Shown here one piece after another: positions 47,639 to 60,388 of a stretch of DNA of 64,000 bases; within the stretch, counting starts at the first letter, position 1; every line of letters begins with the position of its first letter. This DNA comes from Amoebophrya sp. A120 (lineage: Eukaryota > Protista > Dinoflagellata), in NCBI GenBank assembly GCA_905178155.1, contig CAJINV010000010.1, positions 2,402,616 through 2,466,615 on the forward strand, given 5' to 3'. The position numbers were made by a program, and so were the translations under genes. A model generated the notes under the pieces. That model had not been told where the DNA came from. It worked only from the letters and a program-made list of their open reading frames with translations, and made no database searches.

Positions 47639-50600
47639 CTAGGACAGCATCAACGACTTGAACTCCGCAAACGTGATCGCCTGCTCCTTGGAGGCGGACG
47701 GTGGTCGTTCGCTCACCACCTCAGCTACCATCTGCTCGAGCTGGTCGCGGGTGTTAGACGTGAGAATTTCCGCCATGTCGTCAACCGAAAGCTTGCCCGA
47801 CTTTGTCGTATCCATCAAAGCGAAGACCGCTTCCAAAATTTTCTCGTGCTTGTCAACCTGGGGACGAGATTTGGTTATTGTTTCTACTCATGCGGATACT
47901 ATTATGGACAAGAAAAAAATGTGGAGATTTATTTTGTCATGCAGAAACCACTACAGTAGCAGAAGTACCTGCTCAATGTCGATCGTCGCGGCCAGAAACT
48001 CGATAAAGTCCAGGGCGTCGGACTGGTTGGTGTCCAGAAACGGCATCACCTCATCGACGAAGTTTTCCGGTAGGACTAGATTTTTTTCCTATCCAGGAAA
48101 AAAAACTGCGCAAGTGCAACTTTGTAGGAAGAGCAGCATCACAGAGAAAACCTGTCATGCGCAGCTAGTATGTGGAAACACGCATGAAAGTAGCCTATGA
48201 AGACGCAGATCCGCCCGCATGGCAATGTAACAGTTTTGCATTTTGTGCATCACAGAACTAAGTACACTTACACATTTTTTTTCTTGCATATTTCTTCCAA
48301 CGCCTTCACCAACTGCTTCTTCGTCAGCGCCCCCTCGCCAGACTTGTCCAACTGTCGAAAGGTGACCCGGTACAATCTCGTATCTTCCCCATCCGTTCCG
48401 CACAAGTGTGCGAAAATGAACCGCCCGACCCGCTTTAAAGCCGGCATCTGCACAAACTCCGTCATTTTCTCGATCAGTTTCCCGTCGAACGCTTGCTGGG
48501 CGGATGAGGAACTTGTTTGCTCGACATAATTGCCTTTTGATGCAGTTCCACCGTTTTGATGCGTCTCGGGACAGTAGTCCATGGGACTGTAGCTTCTCAG
48601 GATAAAAGGGTGGGACAGGGCCTCCGCCGCGGTTATTCTGTCCTTCGGCTCGTATTGCAGCATTTTCCCAAGTAGATCCCGCGCTTCGGCCGACATGTTG
48701 TTTTCCGTTCGCTTCCACTCCTGTTCCAGGTAGAGTAAGTCCAAAATCTGCGTTTCACACAACTTGTCACAGTCGTGCGTGAACAGCGGCTCGCCCATCA
48801 GCAACGCCCACAAAATCACTCCCAGCGACCAGATGTCACATTGCCGGTCGTAGGTTTCGCCTTTCAGCATTTCCGGCGACATGTAGGCGATGGTTCCGAC
48901 CGGGGTGGTATGCATTGCAAAAGTTTTCTATCATGTCGTATTAGCATATACAAATTTTCATTTTGTCAGCATGTTGAGTCGTAAAAATAATGCAATTTGT
49001 AGTGCTGGTTTCGCTTAGAAAGCGCCTTTGTTATGCGTGACTACAACTAGTACGAGTGGATAGTGCTTTTGCAGTGCATAGGTAGCTGCGCGGTGGTCGG
49101 GGTCGTCGGAAGATGAGTGGCGCTCATGAATGTGCACAACTCGTCCCCCTCCCCCTCATTAGTATAGCATAAACAGCAATACAAGCATCAGCAAGAGTCC
49201 CGGTTTTGCATGACACATTTGCACTGGATTGTAGTTCTATTTGGGCTACCAGAACTTGTCATGCAACCGGTGCCAAGAGGTATAGGGTGAATTGGGTATT
49301 TTGCATGACAAATGTGGGGGACGACGAGTTGTGCACTCTCCTAGTGCTGCGCTGGTTTGTAGAACTCCGACAACCCCAAGTCGATCATTTGCAAGGCCGA
49401 TTTTGGGGAGGAGGTGGAAAACATGAAATTCTCCGGCTTGATATCTCGATGGATGATGTTGTGAGAGTGGCAGCACAGCACCGCTTTCAGCATGTGCCGT
49501 AGGAGTTATGCAGTGCAAAAGTATCGTACTCGTATAAATGCATTTACAAATGTTCTCAGCATGAGAAAATGCGGATTCACCTTAAGAAAAAAATTTGTAT
49601 TGCATGACTGCAATACGAGTACGATACTTTTGCACAGCATAGGAGTCGCCCGCACTCGATTTCCGAAAACCCGGAAATGGCGACCGGACCGGGATTGGAA
49701 GTGGTCATGGGGTTGTTGTTGTTGCCTGTGGTTGGAGATGAAGAGGCGGCCTTCAATATTGTTCCCTCTTTTGCATTTGGACTTCCCGCCGCCTCAAAAT
49801 CTTCGTCTTCTGCACCTACGACCCCGCTCCCATAGCCGTGCCCGTTTTCGCTTCCGTTACCCGTTTATGGATTGCAAAAGCATGCATCGCACTAGTATAA
49901 ATCGCATTACAAATTTTCTCAGCATGCAAATAAATTGAATTTGTCATGCTGTTTTACTTTGGAAAGGAAATTTGTCATGCGTAACTGCAATTAGTACGAG
50001 TACGATACTTTTGCACAGGATACCGTTATGTAGCTGTCGTTGTCGGATTCCAGTACATTCACGATGTGGTCAAACAGGTCCGGCTATCAGATGCAAATAT
50101 GTCTAGATCGGTAACATTGCAAGAGACCACTTGTCATGCGGGTTCTCCATGACGTACGAGGTCTGGAATGCAGGGCCTAGCATGACAGATTCTGTGAGAT
50201 TACGATCATGCCTATCTTGCATGAGAAATTCCCTCTCACCTTGGTGAAAAGTGGGCAACTTTTGGTAATCCTGCAACACAGATTTTTGCACGATCGTCCA
50301 GAACTAGCATCACAAGTTGCAGGCTTCCAGGAGGCCTAGACATATTTGCAATGCCTACCGGCCCCCGGCACAGTTCGAAAATTAAAACGTACTGCTCTGG
50401 TTCGTCGAAGTACTCCACTAGCTTCACGATGTGCGGCATCCTATGTAAAAACGTCCCCACACCAGAGTTGTAATGCAGATTTGCAAAGACAGGAAGACTT
50501 GTAATGCGCATCCTCATGAGAGCCATTTCCAATCGTGTTTTGTAATTTGTGATGCTCTGAACAGGATGAGCAGATGAATCTGGTATGCGGCTGCACTTGC

Positions 50601-52045
50601 TAACCTGCACTACACTTCGGAGTGCAACTTGTCGTGCGTGACTCACAAAACTCCCACGTTTGTGTTGCAAAATCCCCATCCTGACTCTGGTGTGGGGACG
50701 TTTTTACATAGGATATGCGGGTGGTCCAACTCGATCAGCATCTCCACCTCGTTTTCGAACAATTTTTGATCTTCGACGGCCAATTTTGGGATCTGCTTCG
50801 CCGCGCGCTGAATCCCCGTTTCCTTGTGGACGGCCTCGACAACGACCTGATAAAGAAATTTTGAATGCTAGTAGATCATGTACATTTGACAAGTTTTTAG
50901 TAGTAGACATGATAGGATCTGAATTTTCTTCGCGCATTCTTTGCAAATACGCCCTAGTAGAGTACCCCGCTCGCTCCCTCGCCGAGCTGCTTTGCTGGTG
51001 TGTACACCTCCTCAAAGTGCTGTTGGTTTTCCCGGACAATGTGCGATCTCTTGATGGAAATAGACGAAGCGGACCTTGTCAGAATCGACGAACCAGAAAT
51101 TTGCACCGACGTTGGGTTTATCAAATTCAAATATGTCTGGGCGTGGAAACTTGTGATGCTGGTCGGGGAATGATTAGGGTGCCGCAATTGCCGTTCCACC
51201 ATGACTAGTTTCTGAGGTGGTCGGTGTAGTCTATCGTGCATGACAGACTGCGTTTCCGCATGACAAAAAAGCGACGCTCTTGGCCAACATGCATGACAGA
51301 CTTGAGATTCATGCTGGCCGAGCATGGCAAGTCCTGCATTCTTCCGGACCCAGACATATTTGCATTTGATAGGGTTGTTGATCCTGTGAACGTAGTTTTC
51401 GTACGCAGTCCGTGACAATGGTTTCCCGGTCCCAATCGTCGCGGTACTGATAGAAGAGGACGCACTTGCGGTAGCGCTAGGGGATGATGAAGAAGAAGAG
51501 CTAGACGAAGATGTTGAAGCGGCATTGAAAGCGCCCTCCTCGCATTTCACCAGTTGCTGACACCTCCTGTATGCCGAAGACGAGCCGTTGTGCCAACTCA
51601 ACACTGCGCTGACACCAGGGCGCTTGATCAAAGAACTGTGATGAAAGCCGTGCGTGGAGAAGGAACGGCGGTACTTGCTGGCTCCGGTGTGCTGAGCGTC
51701 GCTTCTCCTGCCGCGAACCCCACCGCCTCGGGAACCACCACCGATGACTGGCCGCCGCACTGAAGAATTTTCCTCTCCCGCCACAGCAGTTGCGGGTTGT
51801 GATAATCCTCGGGTCGTTCTTTTTTGCGGTCGATAAGTGGAGGTGGTACTTGTACCATTACCAGACATCAAATGTAGTTGTTCTGTGACAAAATCACAAA
51901 ACCCGAACTGCGCGCCGGAAGCCGCTGAAGAGAGCGGAAACACAAAATCACCGGCATCGCTTCTTTTCCGCAGGGTGTGGCGGTTGGCTGCTGTGGTAGA
52001 GAGAAGCGCCACGGGGCAATTTTTCGGGACCACCAGCTGCGCCAT
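47639..52045 (-). CDS. Calcium-dependent protein kinase (CDPK), multi-exon
   Basis: LGEGASG, LDHPHIVKLVEYF, IIHRDIKPENF, IDLGLS, GTIAYMSPE, DIWSLGVIL, RITAAEALSHPF; EF-hands LDKSGEGALTKKQL, LDTNQSDALDFIEF, MDTTKSGKLSVDDM. Confidence 0.9.
49507..49641. mobile_element. Introner family H (TIR TATGCAGTGCAAAAGTATCGTACTCGTA)
   Basis: Direct repeat ggagt. Related copies at ~18337-18518, ~25307-25466, ~48909-49080, ~49866-50022, ~55116-55262, ~57984-58137, ~58441-58545, ~59463-59612. Confidence 0.88.
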
Positions 52046-52676
52046 GGTCTTGATGCTCCTGCTGCTGCGCGTGGAGTACAGTGTCAGCTTCGCTCGTCGC
52101 TGAACGCAGGAGGCGCGCCGGGAGTCATTGTGTACTACTTTTGCTGCTCGTAATAGTCACAGATTACTGCTCTCTCAACAACGTCGTACGTGGACGTGCG
52201 TTTCCAGGAAATCGCTCTCAGGTTTGTTTTTTAACGTGCTCCGTGTCGAAAGCACAAACAAGTAAGAAATGTGAGACGGCAGGAAATTCTTGAACGGCGT
52301 CGATGAATTTATGCGCAGTGTAAAAATCATGATGGGAAAAAAGCACTATGGGTCGTCCTTGGGGAATGTGAAAAACTTTGTTGCGCTAATAAAGCGAGAA
52401 TTACTTCTAGTGCCGTGCGCGTTTCCAATAATTGTCAACATTCATAATTTTCTTCCACGATACTAGCACCGACGACCAATAGACGACTTACTTGTCATCA
52501 CGTTTGTTCTCGCTCCTTCAAGAAAAGAACATTCCTGTTTTTTCCTCTTCGTGACAGAGAACAATAGCAGAGCTCCATGATGGAGGTATCTACACCTCTT
52601 GCTTATTTTCACAGTGATTTTTGCGCTATTGCATGCAGAATGGTCTACTTGACAAAAGGATTACGATGAATTGTTG

Positions 52677-53759
52677 TCACTGGTAGGCAGAGTTCGCGAC
52701 TGTATTTTGTTCTACTTGGCCAGTGTCATTACTGTCCGCATCGAAATCTGGTGGCACGTAGTGCAAATTCCTAGCATCTGACCCCCGCAAACTGCCTTCA
52801 TCCCGGGGCTCGCGGTAGAGCACTTTTGTTAGCGCGTAGGTTTTCCACGGGCCAAGTCGGTACCTGTGATATAAAAACACAATTTGTGATGTTGCAGAGG
52901 CACGGAGGTAAAAGCGATTTTGTCATGCAGAAACAGCATATGTAATGAATTTCAATACCCGAGCGGCTGCACCCGGACGACGTCCCCCAACCGCGCCTCA
53001 TTCTGCTCGTCATGCGCCCATATCTTTTTCGCGTAGCGAAACGCTTTCTTATACCGCATCACGTACATCCATCTATCGCAGGCCACGCGGATGTATCAAA
53101 TGCAAAAATGTCTGCGTCTGGAAGAATGCAAGTCTGTCATGCTCGGCCGGCAATGCACAAAGGTCTGTCATGCTTGTTGCCCTACAACGCCACCGTTTGT
53201 TATGCAAAAAGGCAATTTGTCATGCGCTTAATGCTAGACGTAGCCACCCAGAAACTTGTCATGCGCGGCTCCGCAATACAGTTTGCGTATCATTCGGACA
53301 TTAGCACGACAAGTTTCCCGACCCAGACGTATTTGCAATGCATAGGATGGATTTTGGGTGCTTGTCGTTTACCACGTACCCCACCATTTCGTTGTTTGGG
53401 TTTTTGTTCTTCAGCGCAATTTATGCATTGCAAATATGTCTGGGTCTGGAAACTTGTGATGCGAGGAAGGGAATAGTGACCACACTTAAATGCGCTGCAA
53501 AGCATGACAAGTTTTGTTCCCATGGTTCTGAGTTGCGTAATCCGCATGAGAAACTGCGTGTTTGCATGACAGGCAAGGAGAGCTCTTTGCGGCCACGCAA
53601 TACACACCTCAAACTCATGCCAGACTAGCATGACAAGTCTCGCAATCTCCCAGACCCAGACATATTTGCATTTGATACAATTCGCAAGTAGCCCGCCGTC
53701 TGTCGCTGCCAGTACTTGTAGTGCCAGGAGAACTGGGAGGGTGCGGAAGGGTGGAACAT
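52677..53759 (-). CDS. MRPS17: Bacterial-type (mitochondrial) ribosomal protein uS17, 4 exons
   Basis: Spliced product contains [73 protein letters not shown], matching the uS17 pattern. Confidence 0.88.
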
Positions 53760-54364
53760 TTTCTCTTCGTATGATAATTTTGTTTTTTTTCAGAATGTAT
53801 GAAAATTAAGTCGAATGAAAAGCAATGCTCAGTAAACCGAGATGTTGAGAGGAACGAACCGAGTACGCATAAGATGATCTTGAGAATTGATCGACAAAAA
53901 CTAGGCAAAAAAAGTTTCTCGATCAAACGCGAAAAAACAAGTAGATGAATTCAAGAAATCGTCCTAGCACTTACGCCTTAAACGAATTGAGTCGCGCAGC
54001 GGTTGCACAACGCGCACGACATGTGTCACGCTCAGTGAAGCTGAAGTCGTGGTGCGCACGACATAAGCGCTGGATCATCCTGCGGCGGTGATAAACCTGC
54101 TCTTAAAGTCGTGCGGTTATTGCCGCACCGGAACTCTGGTGAACAGACGGCGTGCAACTGCTTGGCAAATTTCAAGCGGGCCGTATCTGTCTGCACCCCG
54201 GCTGCGGAGATCGTTTTGAAATTCATTTTTTCGTTGCTCTCGCACTTCCAACGCAAAAAAAGCCTTACGGAAAATTTAGTACCGTTGTGATCACAAACTA
54301 TAGCACATCAAAATGTGAAAGTCTATGACTTTCGCTTCCATTTGTTCATCTTCATCCCAGAAAC

Positions 54365-54445
54365 CAAGATTATATCAGACCTGACGGAAGGAAACGAGGG
54401 AAAAACATTCCCCAAGTCTCCTGCGTCAGATCGTCACTACTTTCC
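54365..54445 (-). promoter_or_regulatory. Candidate SECIS element in the 3' UTR of the selenoprotein gene
   Basis: Minus strand reads GTGAC-GATCTGACG...CGTCAGGTC-TGAT: a non-Watson-Crick GA core closing a 9-bp helix, ~110 nt after the stop codon. Confidence 0.7.
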
Positions 54446-54555
54446 TTTATCTAGTGAAGTCTGCATCACAGATAATTCCTCGTCGGCTGCAACCTGCTCC
54501 CTTTTCCGTTCGCTTTTCTCGCATGACAGACTCCTTTTGTGCTCCTCATCCCGCA

Positions 54556-56325
54556 TTACAAATCCCCCTTTGTCGCTTCCGCGAAATCATCCAGATCGTC
54601 GTCCGTTTCGTCCTTTGGCGGTACGTATGCACTGCAACTATCTCTGGGTCTGGATTTGTGATGCGAAATTTCAAAGACAACGATATCTGTATTGCATGAA
54701 GGGGATAATTTTTAGCCAGTTTCTTTGTCGTACTGGAGGGCAGCTTGTCGTGCAAAATAGGAATGACAATGAAGATGAACTCGCAATTATAAGACCCGAA
54801 AAATAATTTGTGATGCGTTCATGCCGTACATAGGACTGATTTGTAATCGACAAAAGGCTCTGCATGCCTCTCATCCAGAGGACCTCCCAGACATATTTGC
54901 ATTGCATAGCACGTGCGTGAACCCGTACTTTTTCATCTGATAGAGTATGAGTTGATGTGGAGAGCATGCAATACAAACATCCAATGTCATCGGAAAAACT
55001 GCATGACAAACAGCAAACAGGCAAGTGGCAAAAAAAACTTTCTCCTGGTGCGAAAAGAACTCCTATTATACCACGTCGTGGATCTCTGTCCTCTTCATTT
55101 TGTCCAAGGGTATCTTATGAATTACAAAAGTACCGTACTCGTATAAATGCATGACAAATTCCCTCAGCGTGAGAAATACAATTTGTAATGCGGATTTGAG
55201 AAAAAAATTTGTAGTGCATGATTGCAATTACTACGAGTACGATACAACTTTTGCACATGATATATCTTCGCCATTAACAAGTCCTCGGTGTTATGCATCG
55301 CAAACATGTCTGACTCTGGATTTGTGATGCGAAAGTTGAAAACCAGAAAGATTTCTGACGCATGAAGAGGATTGGCTTGTTTTTTTGTCGTGATCCTGAA
55401 AGGCAGTTTGTCATGCAAAACACGGCAGAGGTCGCAGTTTGCCATGCAAGACTCAGCAACATGAATTCGCTGCGAGTCTTCCCAGACCCAGACTACATAT
55501 CTGCATTGGATAACTGTCGTAAAGTTTCAGCTCGGGTACGGTATGGAGAGCTGTTGGAAAACTTGGTTTGTCATGCATAAAGCCGCATTATGAGATGCAT
55601 CTGTCATGCAGGTTTCTGGTAGATGAATGTGAAAGGATGGAGAAGTCGTGAAAGCATGCAGTGCATGACAAACCTTGCCTGCGCATTACAGGTTTCATAC
55701 GAGAGGCCCGAAATGTACTCGATTTTCAAATCCTTGTACCCGTCAGCATGACCTGTGGTGTTTTGCTTGCGCTTTGTGCAATACAAAGTACTCACGCAGT
55801 TGGTTGGATGAAACTTGTCATCCACACATTCCCTGGACACACCTAGCTTGTCATGCGTACACTGCAATACAACATCAAAGCACTACTTCCTTACCTGGCT
55901 CCTGTAGGAAGCTTTTCACCTCGGGTAGACTGTTCAGTCGTCAGCCCCGGCAGCTCTGGATCACCGCCCGCTTTGGCGAAACGTCAAACGATATCAAATG
56001 CAAATATGTCTGGGTCTGGAAGAATGCGAGTTTGTCTTGCTTGTCTGGCATGAATCATAAATCTGTGATGCATGAGGGGGCAACGGGCCTCTTGCTTGTC
56101 ATGGAAAAACGCAGGTTTGCCATGAGGAAAACGAAACACAATAGCAGCCCAAAAATTTGTCATGCTTGGCTGCGTATCGTAGTGCGCCCACCACTAAGAT
56201 TTTAGCATCACAAGTTTCCAGACCCAGACATATTTGCAATGGATAAACGAAGGGAGCGGCTCCCCGAACGCAGAGAGGGTGGCGGTCGCGAGGACCGCGA
56301 GACAAAACGCGAACAGTTTCTGCAT
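54556..56325 (-). CDS. SELENOM: Selenoprotein M-like (SelM/Sep15 family) with in-frame UGA as Sec
   Basis: Signal peptide MQKLFAFCLAVLATATLSAFG; AVIQSCRG-UGA-RLNSLPEVKSFL (CxxU; TGA at 55943-55941); YKDLKIEYISG, PELKLYD, KIPLDKMKRTEIHDVMKKYGF; C-terminal KGDL. One exon junction (~55540-55700) is ambiguous. Confidence 0.88.
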
Positions 56326-57002
56326 CTTCTTTCTGTGAACTTAAAGTATATTTCAATTTCTTCGAAAAAAGTGTTTGCACGTAAAGAAAAAACTCGGATG
56401 ATCCACAAAACTCTTTTCAACAAACTGTACTCGAACAAGTGCCACAGGTTGTGACGAAAAAGCAAATCAGCGGTATGAACCGCTGCAAAGAACGCAGAAC
56501 AACAAAGCTCAGCAGCACTAATGGAAGAAGATCTCGGTCCTTTTCTTGAAGACAAGAAAAGGACAATTGTCGCACAGAGCAGAAGATCTTGAAACGCAGA
56601 AAATACTTAAAATATGAAAATGATCCAAAACCACACGAAACACACTTGCTCGTCACGAAGCGTGCACCAAAACTTTTGACCACACATAGAAGAGCAACCC
56701 AGAGACGAGAACAAAAGCGCCTGATGTCACTTCAGCCGACAAAGAACGAATGTCGAAAAATAATTAGTGGAACGACTAGACGGAGAAAGATGACAAGAGC
56801 TCTTTCAGATTTGTACAAAGTTTATTTTCCAAATGTGGTTTGATGGTCGTGTAGTTCACAATTCGTGTTTATTTCTAGCGTTGGTACTATGACTCATCAA
56901 CATCTTTTGTATCTTGATTTTGCGCGTCATTTCTTCTATTTTGCGCCCTTGGCACCTGATGTTGTCTGTCTCGTGTGCTACCTATGGAGGTAATAGACCA
57001 CT

Positions 57003-59853
57003 CTACTTCTTCTTCAGGTACACATTGTAAACATTGTACAGAAACTTCGTTGCATCTTTCTCGGTTGCAAACGTCAAGGAGAGCACGTGGTCCGGCCTGG
57101 CTTCCGGTTTGTAGTACTTAGCATAGTACCGGAGAGTCTTCGGTAATCGAAAGGAAACCTTTTTCGTCAGCTGGTCGTACGTCACCGATTCGAAGTGCTT
57201 GAACGACATGAACATGTAGACCTAGAAGTTTTATGTTTGTTTTGTCATGCGTGAAACGAAAGAAATATAAAGTTTTGTCATGCGTAGTTGCACCCATGTT
57301 GCTCAGCATCATCGAGGAAAAAACACCAAGTTGTCATACCAGTCCCTCTTCCGGATGCTTTGCAACTTTGTACTCAAATCGGTCGGTGTATCGAGGAGGA
57401 GATTTCTTACCTTTCCCAGAGCGCAGCGGCAGGCTAGGTTGCATGACAAGGAGCTCGATAGGCTCTGTTTTTTATCATGCCATCGCACAAAGGAAAGCGA
57501 AACTCTCCAAAACGAGCGATACGTCGAAACAGTTGACTGCCGTGCTTCCCGGTAGCCACAAATCACCGACCACCAATTCACTGGCCCAGACCGTCGCCAA
57601 AAAATTTTCGGATTTCTTACTTGCCCCAAACTCCTCGGCCGCAACACACGCTTTCCGGTGCTCCACGTAGTTGTCCAAGTCCCTACGCAAGTAGTCGCAG
57701 GCGTACTCGCAATCGGTCGGCGGTTTGCCCTCCCGCTCTTCTTCCAATGCTTGCCTCGCGTCGTGCTTGGCTGGGTTTTCATTTTCATTGCTCTTTTCGT
57801 GGTTCGCATCGTATACTCAAATTGGAATTCTGCATCACAAAGAATTTTTTTTGAGTTGTGTTCATTGACATTGATCCCAATTCTCGTCTTCTTGCGACAC
57901 AGGATTACAAATACGGTTGTGCTCGATTTCCCTGATGTCCTTCACGGTCGATTTCGAGACGTCCTTGTCCCGTTTGCCAACGGATATGAACTGCAAAAGT
58001 ATCGTACTCGTATAAATGCAGATCTTGCATTACAAGTTTCTTTTTCAAGGCAAATCAGCATTACAAATTTTATTTCTCATGCTGAGAAAATTTGTAATGT
58101 ATTTATACGAGTACGATATATACTTTTGCAGTTAATAACGGAGTATGCATGGGAAATTTTTGTTTCGCAGCCTCGAATTTTTTTTTGTCATGCTGCTGCC
58201 AACACATGATCCTTGACGACGCGGCACTTTTGCACTGCACAGCGAATAACAAGTGTCCATAGGCCGCTTGGACTCTTCTCAAGATGTTGAACCAATGGCA
58301 GTTTACAAAACCAGAACTGCATGCGCAATTCGTAGTTGTATAGCATGACCAACGACCCGAAAAACAAAAAGCCCTCTGCTCGTCATTCCCCTACGTACAG
58401 GCTCTTTTTCTGCGTGAAATATTTGTCGTTCAGCTCCCGTTATACATTGCAAAAGTACTATCGCACTCGTTGTACTAATCGCAGCAGCACTGCAAACCTT
58501 ACTTATTTCTCATACTAGCACGTGCACGATGCTTTTGCAATGCATACCCGTTTCCGGCTGCCGAAGCCCTGCAACGACTTCCCGATTTCCTCCATTTCGT
58601 TGCTAAACCTTTGCGCCGCCTGGAAGATCGCGCTGTTGGCCAAATGCTCCTCGTCCTGCTTTATGCATTGCAAACATGTCTACTGGGGGTGGAAGGATAC
58701 AACTTGTGATGCTGCGTTTCGAAGATTCCAAAGAAAAACTGTATTGCATGAGCAGCAAACGAAGTCCTGTTTTTGCTACGCGGGGAGGGCATTTGTCATG
58801 CGGATTAGGGATCGATGAGGAAGCCCTCAAAACATCTGTGATGCTAGGGCATGCATCACAGATGACATCATGGGTCATGCAAAACGTGCATGCCAAACAA
58901 GTGCTCTCTTCCAGACCCAGACATATTTGCATTTGATATGCTTCAACCTGGACTGATTCCTCCGAAAGTTCCCGAACCCGGCCGCGTTGAGCCGCGGTTT
59001 CGCGTAGTTCGGAGTCTGCTTGCTGCCCTGCGACGGGTGTTCAACACCGGAGGGAGCGGCTGCGGGTCCTCGACTCAGTGTTGTACTAGCTGCATTGTTG
59101 CTGTATCGGGTGCGGCATCAGGAGCAAAAATGTCCCCACCCCCTAATCAAGATGGGAAATCTGCTAGACAAATCAACAGCCGTAGGCTGTTGCGCAAGAC
59201 AAGTTTGGCCTCGCAGTGTAATCCTGTTTAGCTAGTTCAGCAGTATTACAGATCTAGCTTGTTATGCTGATTGGAGCATGACAATTTCCGAATTACGAGT
59301 AGAAAATGCTTGTCACGGGGCTCCGCATGAGAAATATTTTCAGCATGCAGAAATGCATTACAACTACGGGGTGGGAACGTTTTTACAGATGATATGCGGA
59401 AGCTGGGCGGGAGATTTGTCTGGTTGGTCCTCGCGAGGAACTCGTTGTCCGAGCTGCGGAGGTATGCTGTGCAAAAGTATCGCACTCGTACTAATTGCAA
59501 ATGTGCATGACAAAGCTTCGTCCTAAGGTAAAACAACATTACAAATTCCACTTTTCTTCTTGCCGAAATTTGTCATGCAATTTCTACTAGTACGTTACTT
59601 TTGCAATGCATAGGAGGGTGGTGGATTGGAGCAGTTGCGTTTTGTTTTGTAAAGAGTCGACCGTGTCCTGCAGTTTCTGCGGCCGCTTGCCGGGTAGAAG
59701 TTCTTGTGTAGAAGTTGCTGCAGGTTTAATAGTAGTACTCCGGGCGGCTTCGGCATTCTCAGCTCGCGGCGGGGCGCAGACGGCGTTTTTCGCGGGCGGG
59801 GGGCCGCAGGTTTTCTTCCGGCCCGAGATCGCGTGGGGGAGAAACGAGCTCAT
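57003..59853 (-). CDS. Hypothetical multi-exon protein
   Basis: Exon blocks between introners, from MSSFLPHAIS to FMSFKHFESVTYDQ..LSLTFATEKDATKFLYNVYNVYLKKK-stop. No family recognised. Confidence 0.6.
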
Positions 59854-60388
59854 GTTTTGACGAGAGCGATTTTAATATTCTGGCGCGCTAAGTACTAATT
59901 CACGACGAGCCTACGCCCGACGGACACTCGCGAGAAAGCGAGGCACTGATGTCTATTCTCCTTTCTGGTTTTCTTTTGTATCTAGCTCGAGGTGTACTTT
60001 GGGAATAGCCCGACTCTCCGTCCGCAGTTCCCGCTCGTGCTTGTCCTCGAAGGGGAAGAGCGGTCTCGTCTCTCGAGCCCTTGCCCTCGTGCCTCTCGCA
60101 TTGTTCACCAAGCGGGTCGCTCACGCTCATTTCTCGGTAATATCGAGGTGCTCCTTCGCTCGATCATCACTCACGCCGCGCGGCGCGCGTCGGCGCCGGA
60201 AGAAGGGGATCGCAGGGCGAAAGACCCTGGGGCGCCGCGGAATGCAGCGATCGCTTGCACCAAGCGCTGCGGTGCTGCACGCGGGCCCGGTGGCACTGTT
60301 GCCTGCGCAAATGGGTCGGCCTTCGACCGGGTGCGGGCACCGGCGACCGGGCGCGGGCACCGGCGACTAGGAGTAAGGAAGCGGGTCA

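Noticed and set aside
466-59231. Repeat-protein family with CKNVWVWK / PDPDIFAFD / FQTQTFLH peptides
   Set aside because: These are six-frame translations of the family B TIR and appear in all frames on both strands.
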